From IMG/VR virus record IMGVR_UViG_3300000439_000009, positions 1 to 64,000 of that record: a stretch of 64,000 nucleotides of DNA, one strand, 5' to 3'. Source of the stretch: a virus (taxonomy: Duplodnaviria > Caudoviricetes). A program made the translations under genes and the position numbers. Positions 26,850 through 36,721 of this stretch are shown piece after piece (positions within the stretch are counted from its first letter, which is position 1; each line of letters starts with the position of its first letter). The notes below the pieces were generated by a model. That model did no database searches and was not told the DNA's origin. It worked only from the letters and a program-made list of their open reading frames with translations.

Positions 26850-26949
26850 CTTACGAGTTTTTTTTTAAAATGGGATTACGATGGGGGCTAAAAATCTCCA
26901 CGACTTTTATTGGCGGGACATTACGAAGAAGCTTAAAATCTCCCAACAA

Positions 26950-27420
26950 GTACTGGTAATATACCCTATATAAAACATATCAATAATCAAACAATATGTA
27001 TAATAAACTAAAGAAACATAAACACTTATGGACATTTATATAGACATTCTGTCTATTTTTGTCCATTTTTGTGTAGCATATAAAATATGACCACATATGA
27101 CCACATAAACACTTGACACATATAATTTTATGTGTACATGTGGATATACCTGTGGATAACTATATTACGATTTGACACGCCTTATATTATATGGTTTATA
27201 TCATGATATCTATATCTGTGGATAACCTGTGTATAAATTGTGGATAAGGGTATATGTATTCTCCACTATACTCCACTATGCTCCACTTCTATAGGGTCTA
27301 TATGGCTCTATGAAGGGTTATCTATGGGTATTGGGGACGGGACTATGCACAATCCGTACAATAATTGATAGCCCTTATATGCTCGATAGAGCGATATATG
27401 GGTCTACCACAACTTGAACA
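26950..27420. other. oriC-like element: DnaA-box cluster, AT-rich tract, 10-bp direct repeats
   Basis: TGTGGATAA at 27151, 27217, 27239; TGTGTATAA at 27228; near-match at 27139; ATATGACCAC x2 (27085); CTCCACT x3 (27261); no ORF. Confidence 0.7.
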
Positions 27421-27518
27421 TCTTAAATCTATAAGGTCTGATTTGGCTATATTGATCTTATAGCTTCTTGTATAATATAGTTTGGTTATATACCATAGTA
27501 ATACTAGTAGTAGAAGTG

Positions 27519-28079
27519 TCATCTTAATCCCGCCCCTTTTTTAATATTGCATTTGCCATGTGATGGCCTTATATTCTCTATGGTGTCATCTCCACCTTTG
27601 GATAATGGAATAACATGATCCAAATGTAATCCATATTCCCAGCCCTTATATCCAACCCTTTTAGGTAAAGTTAGATCAATTGGCTCTTGACATAAATGAC
27701 AGATTGAGCCATATCTATCCAATACCTCTTCTCTGGTATATGGGCTTTGTATGGCATTTCCTCTAACTTCTCTAAGTCCTCTGCCTCTATCTTTAATTGT
27801 TCTTTCATGTACCCAATGGGCTTTCATGGCTTCTCTACATTCATTACAAGGATCTTCAAACATTCCCCGAACATGCCAATCATAGCCATTTTTAGTTCCA
27901 TGCGTAGGTATATAATTAATTGAATATCTACCCAATTTTAGCATCCTTCGTTTATTAGATTTTTTAGATTCATTCATCTGCCCTTTAGAGGTATTACGAT
28001 ACCGCTTGGTTTTCTCTGCATCTGCTCCTGGATGGCGTTCACGCCATAATCTTGAGCGTTCTGTAGAAGTTAAGGCCAT
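27519..28079 (-). CDS. HNH endonuclease
   Basis: CHLC...LDHVIPLSKGGDDTIENIRPSHGKCN. Confidence 0.9.
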   Translation of the reverse strand: MALTSTERSRLWRERHPGADAEKTKRYRNTSKGQMNESKKSNKRRMLKLGRYSINYIPTHGTKNGYDWHVRGMFEDPCNECREAMKAHWVHERTIKDRGRGLREVRGNAIQSPYTREEVLDRYGSICHLCQEPIDLTLPKRVGYKGWEYGLHLDHVIPLSKGGDDTIENIRPSHGKCNIKKGAGLR

Positions 28080-28294
28080 TTAGATATCTAAATCTTCTTT
28101 ATCTATATCCTCTGTAGCATCCCATTCCCACATAGTTCCCCACCACATATGAGGCTTTAGGAATATGGCTGATATTCTCCCGCAGATATTGCCTATGGTA
28201 TTTAAGATCGGGTTATCCGATCCTTTGATCTGGTTCCAGTTTTCGCTCATTTTTTCTCCCTATGTAGTAATATATGTTGGTGTATAATTACTGT

Positions 28295-28855
28295 ATGACT
28301 GCTATTACAATAATACCAAACTTTATATCTGATGACCAATGCAAAACCCTAATGGATTTTATTGATTCAAATCTTAATTCATTTGAATTTTTAACCGATA
28401 GGCATATTAAACTCTATGGTGAAGATAATTATCATAAAGAAAATAGTCCAGAAATAGATTGGGATTTTCTAAATTCAATTAAAGGTTTAGTTGAATTTAT
28501 AGGAAAAAAAGTTGAAGATGCTGCAAAACTACAGTATGAAGATGACGATGTTCATTTATGTAATCTTTGGTTGTCCAAGCATGTTCCTGGTGCTAAATTA
28601 GCTTTCCATCATGATATAGATCATGGTTTAAATCCATTTATTAAATATAGTTTAGTTCTTTATTTAAATACTATTGAAGATGGTGCTTTAAAGTTTCCAT
28701 TTAGACGATATTCATACAAACCTAATGGTGGAGATTTAGTTATGTTTAAAAGTGGAGATATGTTAAATGGACATCAAGTTGATAAAATAAGCGATTATAG
28801 ATATTCTATACCTATGTTTTTATCAGATAAAACTCACGCTTTATTTAACGTATAG
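28295..28855 (+). CDS. 2OG-Fe(II) oxygenase (prolyl-4-hydroxylase-like)
   Basis: HHD...SLVLYLN...HQV...RYS. Confidence 0.85.
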   Translation: MTAITIIPNFISDDQCKTLMDFIDSNLNSFEFLTDRHIKLYGEDNYHKENSPEIDWDFLNSIKGLVEFIGKKVEDAAKLQYEDDDVHLCNLWLSKHVPGAKLAFHHDIDHGLNPFIKYSLVLYLNTIEDGALKFPFRRYSYKPNGGDLVMFKSGDMLNGHQVDKISDYRYSIPMFLSDKTHALFNV

Positions 28856-29059
28856 CTTTATAAAAGTTACTATGATTACTTCTGCTATAAGGATAGCAAT
28901 TAGGCCTTTGGGCATTCCCGCCATTTTATTCATATTTAAATTTTTGTTTCTTTCTAAATCTTGCCAAATAGGTCTTTAGTTTCCACCTATTGGTGGTTAT
29001 CTCATATAGACTGTGTATAAATGCATCGTGGTTTTCCACGTTTTCGCCCTCTTTTTTGC

Positions 29060-29314
29060 TCATTTTTCTGGGTGATCGTTTCTATGTTCATATTGAATAG
29101 GTTCGAGCTTTAGGATCTTTTCTTTTAATTTTTTGTTTTCTAATTGCAAGAAGGTATAGTGTTCAGCATTGTTAGATCCTCTGGCTATACTTAATGCTCT
29201 CTTGTAGTCTTCGGCCATTACCTTATAATTATTTACTTTTTGCTCTGTATAGTGGATAAACCCTACAATAAATAGGCTTAAAAAGCCTAAATAAACTATT
29301 AATAATGTTGTCAT
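29060..29314 (-). CDS. Membrane-anchored hypothetical protein
   Basis: N-terminal transmembrane helix. Confidence 0.55.
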   Translation of the reverse strand: MTTLLIVYLGFLSLFIVGFIHYTEQKVNNYKVMAEDYKRALSIARGSNNAEHYTFLQLENKKLKEKILKLEPIQYEHRNDHPEK

Positions 29315-29520
29315 GCATTGTCCCTTTCATACATAATACCTCTGAGATATACACAAAGATCTAAGGCTTCTTCATAAGCGTCTTGTAGCATATCTCTGCC
29401 ATTATCTGCTTGAAGTCCCGTCCCGTAACGCTCTATGCCTAATTCTAGGCGTTTAGCCATGTCTTCCATGACTAGTTCTTGAAGAATTGGGTTTTTATTT
29501 ATTATTGGTGATGGTTGCAA
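29311..29520 (-). CDS. All-alpha NTP pyrophosphatase-like small protein
   Basis: GIERYG...DAYEEALD...YL. Confidence 0.5.
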   Translation of the reverse strand: MQPSPIINKNPILQELVMEDMAKRLELGIERYGTGLQADNGRDMLQDAYEEALDLCVYLRGIMYERDNA

Positions 29521-29703
29521 TTATTTAACCTTAGCTGCTGCCAAATGCCAAGAACAATCACAACTGTTGTTTTCTGGTTTATTCCATAAACAATTTGATG
29601 CAATGCTAATTTTTAAATCTTCTTTAACTTTTTTTACTACTTTATGAGTTCCGTTACAGTTTTTATCTGGATCTGTTGTATATCCACAACTACATGTTCC
29701 CAT
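29521..29703 (-). CDS. CDGSH-type iron-sulfur domain protein
   Basis: CSCGYT.....CNGTH. Confidence 0.6.
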   Translation of the reverse strand: MGTCSCGYTTDPDKNCNGTHKVVKKVKEDLKISIASNCLWNKPENNSCDCSWHLAAAKVK

Positions 29704-30047
29704 TAGTATCCTCCCAAACAATTAATTGATTTAGTGTGTTTTTTATATTGCATTAAATACTCAGATTTACTAGGAGCATAAAATTCTTTATAACACGCAC
29801 CACAATTTCCTGACCATTCTTCTTCAAAGAAGTTAAAGGTCATAATTTTAATACGTGGATTTGTTGTTATTGGCGATGTCTTTTTTTGTTTCCGTATTTT
29901 TTCTCTACGTCTTGTTTGCATTTTTCTACAATCGCTTTCGTTAGTAGTTCAATACGACGGGATGATTCAAGAGCACGTATATCATCCCAGTCCATAGGAT
30001 CTTCTTGTTGATTCATACCTTATACTATCAAATTTATATATTGTTTG

Positions 30048-30494
30048 TCAATCTCTTAAGTAAAAAAATATTGACTTTCTTGTACCCTTAGTTATTGGTA
30101 GCACTTGATGCTCGTAATCGTTTGTTCCTATATGACAGACTAAAGATCTTTTTTTAGGTTTATATGTTATATTTTTTTTAATATAATTAATTTGCCCGCC
30201 TTCAAAATCTTCATTTAAATATATTACTAATCCATATTTACATGTAAGAAGGCCATCCCTAACACACACAGAGCATTCGCAACCTTCATCGTGAGTATCT
30301 GAATGTGGCTCTAAATAATCACCCTCAAGCATTGTCCTAAGCATGCCAGTGCCTAAAAGTTTATATTCATCATTAAATAATTTACTTATTTTATTTTTTA
30401 TTTCTGTTATATTATTGGGGTGTTGAGATATTTCATCTTCTGATAAAAAATCATATATTATAAATATGCCTTCATCTAAATATTCTTTTTCCAT
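30048..30494 (-). CDS. 2OG-Fe(II) oxygenase
   Basis: HSD...VIYLNEDFEGG...HQV...R. Confidence 0.85.
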   Translation of the reverse strand: MEKEYLDEGIFIIYDFLSEDEISQHPNNITEIKNKISKLFNDEYKLLGTGMLRTMLEGDYLEPHSDTHDEGCECSVCVRDGLLTCKYGLVIYLNEDFEGGQINYIKKNITYKPKKRSLVCHIGTNDYEHQVLPITKGTRKSIFFYLRD

Positions 30495-30949
30495 TAATTA
30501 GTTTCTTCTATCCAAAAGAATACAGATTTTCTTTCGCCTTCTTTAATTTTAGAAACTCTATGGGTATATTCTGAAGTTCCTAAATGACAAATTAAAGATC
30601 CTTTTTCTGGTTGATAAACTATATTTTGATAAAAATAAGTAATTTCTCCACCACCTGAAAAATCATCATTTAAATATATTACAAATGCGTATTTTGATCT
30701 TAACTGACCATTTTTGCTGCACCATTCACAAACACAAGTTAATCTGTGGCTATCATAATGTATATAATCAAAATCTTCTGGAAGTTGCGTTCTTACAAAT
30801 CCTAAGCCTTTTATTAAATATTCATCATTAAATAAACTACTTACTCTAGATCTTACTTCTTTTAAATTTTTTGGAAATTTAGAAATTTCATCATCTGATA
30901 AAAAGTTTTTTATAACAAATATGTCTTTGTCTAAATATACTCTTTCCAT
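30494..30949 (-). CDS. 2OG-Fe(II) oxygenase, tandem paralogue
   Basis: HYD...VIYLNDDFSGG...HRV...R. Confidence 0.85.
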   Translation of the reverse strand: MERVYLDKDIFVIKNFLSDDEISKFPKNLKEVRSRVSSLFNDEYLIKGLGFVRTQLPEDFDYIHYDSHRLTCVCEWCSKNGQLRSKYAFVIYLNDDFSGGGEITYFYQNIVYQPEKGSLICHLGTSEYTHRVSKIKEGERKSVFFWIEETN

Positions 30950-30956
30950 TATTTAT

Positions 30957-31742
30957 TTAGTTCTTAGGATTAATGATTGATTTTTTGCCAGCTATTAATT
31001 CTTCAATGTTGTTACATATAATTGACCATTCTTCATCAAAAACATTTTTTGATCTTCCAGGACCAACATTTATTTTTCTGCCTTCTTTTTCTGCCATTTC
31101 TTTAACAGTTTTTTCAGAATCCCAGTTTAATACTGTGCATTGGTAGTGTTTGTCAACAAATCCATCTTTATCAACTAAATATTTTTCAAAATTTCCACCC
31201 ATTGATTGTCCATTATACGGACCAGCATTTAACCAATATGAAAAATATCTATTTTTATAAATTTCATCAGTATCAAAACCAAATTCAGCATACTTATCTT
31301 TTGCAGCAAACTGGTGGGTTCTTATTTCTTTATAAAGATCATGGGGTTCACCAAAAGGTTGACCTAAACCATTGTACCCAGCTGGCTGACCTAATGTTGA
31401 ACTAACTGCTTCGTTAGGATTTGAACTTACCATTTCTGAAAATTGAAATGTTGTTCCATATACGTCTTTGCCGTAGTTTGCAGAATCTGCTCCACATGTA
31501 ATACCCTGTGACCACTTGCCATGGGTTATTCCTGGCCCGCAGTAATCATTTGTTGGTATAGCTACAACTTGAAAATTATCTCCGCCATATTTATCTTGAA
31601 GCCATTGTAAGACTTCCATCTGATTTGCATTTCCACAACCAACAGTTGTGTTTACAATTAAAGTTGCTTTTCCTTTAAATTGATCTAAAAAATTTGGCTT
31701 CCCATCGGAAGAATTTAAAGATATATCGTAAATTGATTTCAT
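30957..31742 (-). CDS. Glutathione peroxidase-like protein (Cys type)
   Basis: SIYDI..., LIVNT..GCG, VAIPTNDY, NFEKYLVDKDG. Confidence 0.8.
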   Translation of the reverse strand: MKSIYDISLNSSDGKPNFLDQFKGKATLIVNTTVGCGNANQMEVLQWLQDKYGGDNFQVVAIPTNDYCGPGITHGKWSQGITCGADSANYGKDVYGTTFQFSEMVSSNPNEAVSSTLGQPAGYNGLGQPFGEPHDLYKEIRTHQFAAKDKYAEFGFDTDEIYKNRYFSYWLNAGPYNGQSMGGNFEKYLVDKDGFVDKHYQCTVLNWDSEKTVKEMAEKEGRKINVGPGRSKNVFDEEWSIICNNIEELIAGKKSIINPKN

Positions 31743-31755
31743 GTTGTTTTACCCC

Positions 31756-31950
31756 TTATGGGAATAGTTTAGCATCTATTCTTTCAGAGACCAAATGAGC
31801 CATATGGTTAACTCCCTGTACATTGTCAGAAATAAGCTTATCAACATCTTCTGGTGACATATTGTTCATTGTGCCATATTGTCTATAATTTTCAACCATG
31901 GTATCAATAATTATACCCTCAATTGCTGTTAATCTATCTTGCCGTTCCAT
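31756..31950 (-). CDS. Hypothetical protein
   Basis: AGGAG RBS; TTGACT...TATAAT promoter upstream. Confidence 0.6.
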   Translation of the reverse strand: MERQDRLTAIEGIIIDTMVENYRQYGTMNNMSPEDVDKLISDNVQGVNHMAHLVSERIDAKLFP

Positions 31951-32159
31951 TTTTTTCTCCTTTTTGAGTTCTATTTTATATTATATCAAAAAATATATTT
32001 ACTAGTCAACAACCAAAATGGCCCCGCAGGGCCATTCTGGCTTATCATATTTATGAGATTTTAGTATTTATTTATCTTGTTTAAGATTTTTATATTTACA
32101 ATATAATCTCATATTGGATTGTATGAGTACAATGATGATACCTAAGAGAAGAAGATTGA

Positions 32160-32528
32160 TCATGTTTCAGATCCCTCCCCTTCCCCTGTAACATATTCTT
32201 TGATCTGACTTAATTCTTCATGCATATGCTGTAATAACTTTTGAGTATCTAAAGATACTCGCAAGTCTCTGTTCATAACCTTACGGTCACGCTCAGATTC
32301 CCTGTCAGTTGCAGATAAAATTAAACCAGATAGCAGGATAGCTTCTAATGAAACTATCATTGTTAAAAGTCCATATGGGAACGGTTCTACTTTGAACAGC
32401 ACCCAAGATGCAAACCAAATCAGATGCGTAATAAGAAACCACGGGCTTCCAGCTACGTGTGCTGACCAATCTGCTAGACTTTCTATGCTTTTTTCTATAT
32501 GCTTTATTGCTTTTTTGATATCCATCAC
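32160..32528 (-). CDS. DUF1003 membrane protein
   Basis: GSPWFL..H..WF..W...PFPYGLLTMIVSLEAI. Confidence 0.85.
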   Translation of the reverse strand: MMDIKKAIKHIEKSIESLADWSAHVAGSPWFLITHLIWFASWVLFKVEPFPYGLLTMIVSLEAILLSGLILSATDRESERDRKVMNRDLRVSLDTQKLLQHMHEELSQIKEYVTGEGEGSET

Positions 32529-32597
32529 CTCTTTGTAGCAGTAATGAGAGATACCGCTACAAGATAATTATATCATTATTTAACTACTTATAGATAA

Positions 32598-32825
32598 TTA
32601 TTTAAGTTCTATTTTTGGTGTTTGTGCTAAACGTTGTGTGTCCATTAATGAATTAATGTAATACATGTAACGCTCAACAATAAAAATAACTTCATCTAAA
32701 ACTTCAGCAGAAATTTCTTCTGTGATCGTTTCGATCTTCCCGTCAATTGCACGTTGTTCAGCTACATCACGAGCAACATTATAAACTACTTCATTTAAAT
32801 CATTTGGGCTTACTGGAATTTCCAT
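32598..32825 (-). CDS. Hypothetical protein
   Basis: AGGAG RBS before MEIPVSP. Confidence 0.55.
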   Translation of the reverse strand: MEIPVSPNDLNEVVYNVARDVAEQRAIDGKIETITEEISAEVLDEVIFIVERYMYYINSLMDTQRLAQTPKIELK

Positions 32826-32826
32826 T

Positions 32827-33252
32827 TTATTCTCCTGTTGATCCGAATCCATCTGTGCCACGCACAGAATTAGATAATTCTTTTACTTCTTTAAATACTG
32901 CTTCATGATAAACCTGAAACACAAGCTGTGCTATTTTATTGCCTTTTGCAACATAAAAATCTTCATCTGTGTTATTAACTAAGATTACTTTAATCTCTCC
33001 ACGATATCCAGAATCAATAGTTCCTGGTGCATTTAAGATTCCTATACCCTTCATAGCCATGCTTGATCTAGGATTTACATATGCTACATACGATTTAGGA
33101 AGTTCTATAGCAATACCAGTTGGCACCGCACCTACACGATGTGCTTTTACTATAAAATCTTGTGAAGCATACAAATCAGCTCCCGCATCTCCTGGATTTG
33201 CATAATGCGGAACAATTGCATCTTTTGAAACTTTCTTAAAATTAACAAACAT
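32827..33252 (-). CDS. dut: Trimeric dUTPase
   Basis: AGADL, PRSS, GTIDSGYRGEI, RGTDGFGSTG. Confidence 0.95.
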   Translation of the reverse strand: MFVNFKKVSKDAIVPHYANPGDAGADLYASQDFIVKAHRVGAVPTGIAIELPKSYVAYVNPRSSMAMKGIGILNAPGTIDSGYRGEIKVILVNNTDEDFYVAKGNKIAQLVFQVYHEAVFKEVKELSNSVRGTDGFGSTGE

Positions 33253-33390
33253 ATTAATCTCTTTCTAACTCTTCTTTAATCTTTTTTCTTAAAAGATATA
33301 ATGTGTATGGGGCATCGTCATCTTGTTCATTCAAAAAATCTAGTATCTCTTGAAATACTTTTTTTCTAATTAACTTGACAGCTCCCAATT

Positions 33391-33711
33391 TTAATCAGAC
33401 AATCCTTCTAATGCACCTTGCACTAAACTTCTTATCTTTCTTGCTCTACGTTCTTCTTTTACCATTTGCAATGTTTCAAAGTATCCAGCCCCATCTACGA
33501 TGTTATCTCTCTTAGGACGATTTACTTCACGACTAATCTTAAGTCCAACCATGCACAATGCTACATCTTCTGGAGTAACTTTTGTTCCCAGAATTGCTGA
33601 CCAGATTTGAGCGGTACGAGAAAAGTCCTCAAAAGGATGACCATAGTTTTCTCCACGATCACCATGCACAATTCTTTTAGCTTCATCTAAAATTGATTCA
33701 TTTTTAGGCAT
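33391..33711 (-). CDS. DUF6378-like protein
   Basis: GDRGENYGHP...F.RTAQIWS...KISR...DNIVDGAGY. Confidence 0.75.
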   Translation of the reverse strand: MPKNESILDEAKRIVHGDRGENYGHPFEDFSRTAQIWSAILGTKVTPEDVALCMVGLKISREVNRPKRDNIVDGAGYFETLQMVKEERRARKIRSLVQGALEGLSD

Positions 33712-33890
33712 TTAAATAATCCTTGAGATATCTTTCGCCTGCCTTAAGATTTGTTTTCAAATTAAGTTCACGTCCATACTTAAACATAAGCTTTGATACG
33801 TACATTAAATTATTTAATTTGTTTTGCTTTCTTGCAATAGTCTTTGCTCTACGCTTATGACCTCTTGCTTGTGCTTTTGCGCCTAAACCC

Positions 33891-34205
33891 TTATGCATTA
33901 TTATCCTCATATCCAAATAGTACTCCGCTATTAACAAAGTAGAACTTTTCTCCAACTGCATCTTTAATCTCAGTTGCGTGGTTTGGAGAATAGTATACTA
34001 CCATGCCCTCTTTAATTGTGTCAACTGGGTACAAGGTTCCGTTAAATGAACTAACCTCTCCTGGCCCCACCTTTACTACTGTACCTCTTTTGAGATCTTG
34101 CTCCGTTGCAGTAGCAGTTAAAACTAAACCAGAAGCAGTTTTTGATTCTGTAGTTTCTATTTCCTTAACAAGCAAAAGCTTGCCTAAAGGATTAATACTC
34201 GTCAT
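33891..34205 (-). CDS. groES: Co-chaperonin GroES
   Basis: INPLG..LLVK...KTASGLVL...GTVVKVGPG. Confidence 0.9.
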   Translation of the reverse strand: MTSINPLGKLLLVKEIETTESKTASGLVLTATATEQDLKRGTVVKVGPGEVSSFNGTLYPVDTIKEGMVVYYSPNHATEIKDAVGEKFYFVNSGVLFGYEDNNA

Positions 34206-34407
34206 CTTCCATATCCATTTCTATTTTGTCTGGGCTATCCATAGGGGTTCCTATAGTGTATTTTGTATGACATTCAAAACATTCACCGTTTATCCCGTAC
34301 ATACCAATTTCATAATCATTTGGATCAACGATGATCCAAGTTAAAAATCTTGAACTACTGCAAGCAGGACACACTGGAGAAGGTATACCAGTATAATCTA
34401 TGCTCAT
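34192..34407 (-). CDS. Zn-ribbon hypothetical protein
   Basis: CPAC...CFEC. Confidence 0.55.
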   Translation of the reverse strand: MSIDYTGIPSPVCPACSSSRFLTWIIVDPNDYEIGMYGINGECFECHTKYTIGTPMDSPDKIEMDMEDDEY

Positions 34408-34582
34408 CCAAGATAACTTATTCTAGTTACTGTCATGCATGGGTCTCCGCCATCTTCCCATTCTTTAACTTCTTCTTCAGTCATAACATCGTATCCTCCG
34501 TCATGAGTTTGACAAAATGGATTAGTTACCCACCCCTTGTGAACTCCAATATTAAACCAATCCCAAAATTCTGTATCTGACA

Positions 34583-35137
34583 TTATTTAGCCTTCACTAT
34601 CTTATTTGCTTTTTGTTGCCTTACAATCTGAAATGGTCCAGAAGTGTAAACATCATTGTTAGCAGCAATCTCTAGAGCTTTTTCTACATTAGCCCCAGCG
34701 TACAACGCACCAATAGCGAATGATGAGCCACTGCCCACCCCATATATGCCGTCGCTATTCAGCAAAACACTAAAATCATTACCTATATCAAACACTTCTC
34801 CATTATAAGCAAAAAGCATATTGAAGCCAGCATCTTTATCGTTTGGATCTTCTTTCCAATTATTCTCTTCTAAAACTTCTTTCATAGCTGGAACAAATTT
34901 AGTTATCATAAACTTGTAAAGATCTTCTCGCTCTTTTGCATTGGGAACTGGTGGTACAAAAATATGTTGCAGAATGTCACATGGCTGAGAATCACCACTT
35001 CCTGCAATAAGCCACCCATTATTTTTGGTAATCTTTTCCATTTGAGCATGCTTATGCGGTCTTGCTCCATCAGTTACCTGAGAATCAGCACCAATAGTTA
35101 CATTACCGTTTTTTACAACAGCAACAATGCTTGTCAT
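34583..35137 (-). CDS. HslV/proteasome beta-like Ntn protease
   Basis: M-TSIVAV...ADSQ...KI...AGSG...GVGSGS.FAIGAL...DVYT. Confidence 0.85.
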   Translation of the reverse strand: MTSIVAVVKNGNVTIGADSQVTDGARPHKHAQMEKITKNNGWLIAGSGDSQPCDILQHIFVPPVPNAKEREDLYKFMITKFVPAMKEVLEENNWKEDPNDKDAGFNMLFAYNGEVFDIGNDFSVLLNSDGIYGVGSGSSFAIGALYAGANVEKALEIAANNDVYTSGPFQIVRQQKANKIVKAK

Positions 35138-35430
35138 CCATTTACCTGTTCTATGATTTCATCTGAATTTTTTGCAGTAATCTTTGTTCCAAGAATACCT
35201 TTATTAATTTTATATACTTGGGGTATGCTTTGAATCGAGTATTGCTTAAGATAATCTGGATCAACTTTATCAACATCAACAAAAAAATAATCACGAGATT
35301 CATCTTGCATAGCAGCTTTAGCCATTTGAGGCTTTAATTGCTTGCAGGGGCCACACCATTCAGCACTAAAATAGACTACAGCATCTTTAGCAGCTATTAC
35401 CTCTGCCATATCATTTGTGATCTTAATCAT
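35134..35430 (-). CDS. trxA: Thioredoxin
   Basis: WCGPC active site; SIP cis-Pro motif. Confidence 0.9.
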   Translation of the reverse strand: MIKITNDMAEVIAAKDAVVYFSAEWCGPCKQLKPQMAKAAMQDESRDYFFVDVDKVDPDYLKQYSIQSIPQVYKINKGILGTKITAKNSDEIIEQVNG

Positions 35431-35439
35431 TTTTTTCTC

Positions 35440-35670
35440 CTATGCAATCAATTCGTTAGCAAGAATTTCTTTGCCAATGTATCTGCGTTTAATTATAAAG
35501 TCTCTAACTGAATCTGGACCCTTAGATCTTGCACAAAGTACAACTACCCACCTAGGCTCAAACTTAGAATCAATACATAATTGACACATAAGAGATGATA
35601 CACCATCAATTAATTCTGACTTCTTTGGATGCAATTCATTCTTTTGTTTTCCACAAGAATAACATTTCAT
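35440..35670 (-). CDS. Zn-finger hypothetical protein
   Basis: CYSC...CQLC. Confidence 0.55.
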   Translation of the reverse strand: MKCYSCGKQKNELHPKKSELIDGVSSLMCQLCIDSKFEPRWVVVLCARSKGPDSVRDFIIKRRYIGKEILANELIA

Positions 35671-35808
35671 TCTTCGTTCTCCCAATCATCATAAAGCATT
35701 TCATAATCATCGTTTTCGACAACTACATCGTACATAACACCACCATATATATATCTAACTCTAGAAGCATAAGCTCCCTCTGCAATTAAATCGGCATAAA
35801 CGCCTTCT

Positions 35809-36078
35809 TTAATTAAGAATACTTTTCTGTGTAGGGACATATTTTATTCCTTCTATTTCACATCGAACCCCAAAGGATTCAATTAACTGTCTGCAAAGTA
35901 ACAAGTACTCCATGATATCTGCTCTCTTATCAATTTCGTATTGCATTATGTTTTCTTCGTATACAGTTAAAGCTAGATAATTTGGCCTGGCTCTTACATC
36001 CATTCTAAGATCTTTAACAGGCATCTTAACTTTTCTAATGGCTTTAGCCATAGATACGTTATAAAATATTTTTTCCAT
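35809..36078 (-). CDS. Hypothetical protein
   Basis: Coupled to whiB. Confidence 0.6.
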   Translation of the reverse strand: MEKIFYNVSMAKAIRKVKMPVKDLRMDVRARPNYLALTVYEENIMQYEIDKRADIMEYLLLCRQLIESFGVRCEIEGIKYVPTQKSILN

Positions 36079-36379
36079 GAATTTTCTTTAGAGTATCCCA
36101 AGTTTCTTTAGTCTTATGTGCATTATTTTGTTTATCTACACGACCAAGATCCATAAAGATCCCGCCACGTACGCCAAATTCTTTCATGGAAACACCCTCT
36201 TTGTAACATTGCTTAATTACTGGACAACTTAAACATACTTCATCAGCAGTTTGTGCCGTAATCTTATCATTTTCGTAATCATCATAAAACCAATTAATGC
36301 TCATGCCTTTGCATGCAGCAAGATGATACCACTTTAGGTCTTCTTCATCAATACCTAATTCTTTAAGAATGCTTGACAT
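36059..36379 (-). CDS. whiB: WhiB-family Fe-S transcription regulator
   Basis: W...AAC...F...VCLSCPVIKQC...FGVRGG. Confidence 0.88.
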   Translation of the reverse strand: MSSILKELGIDEEDLKWYHLAACKGMSINWFYDDYENDKITAQTADEVCLSCPVIKQCYKEGVSMKEFGVRGGIFMDLGRVDKQNNAHKTKETWDTLKKIHGKNIL

Positions 36380-36596
36380 ATTTAGATGGAATTAACCATG
36401 TACCCTTACTTGTTAGTGGGTACTTATTTGCATAGCCCCATTTATTGTTTTTAAACATGCCATTGGTTTGAGTATAACCATTATGTCCTGGGGACCACTT
36501 TACAATTGTGTATCCATCCCAGTAAAATCCAGCCTTTTTGTTTGATTCAACAAAATCGTGGGCTTGCTTGTAACTTAGCTCTTCTAGATTTTTCAT
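36363..36596 (-). CDS. Hypothetical protein
   Basis: ORF track; coupled to whiB. Confidence 0.6.
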   Translation of the reverse strand: MKNLEELSYKQAHDFVESNKKAGFYWDGYTIVKWSPGHNGYTQTNGMFKNNKWGYANKYPLTSKGTWLIPSKYVKHS

Positions 36597-36721
36597 ATCT
36601 GTCTTGGTAACTTGCTTTCTCTTTTTGTTTTTTGTTCTTTTAACATGTCTTTAATTTCTGTTAAAAGGCTTACTATCTGAGTAAGCTGAACTTCTATTGT
36701 ATCATTTTTAGGCATTATCTG

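Noticed and set aside
16040-27420. Repeated motifs as a CRISPR or mini-array
   Set aside because: Motifs are 8-22 bp, irregularly spaced and tied to promoters.
30957-31742. Selenocysteine in the GPx-like gene
   Set aside because: The active-site codon is TGT (Cys); there is no in-frame TGA.
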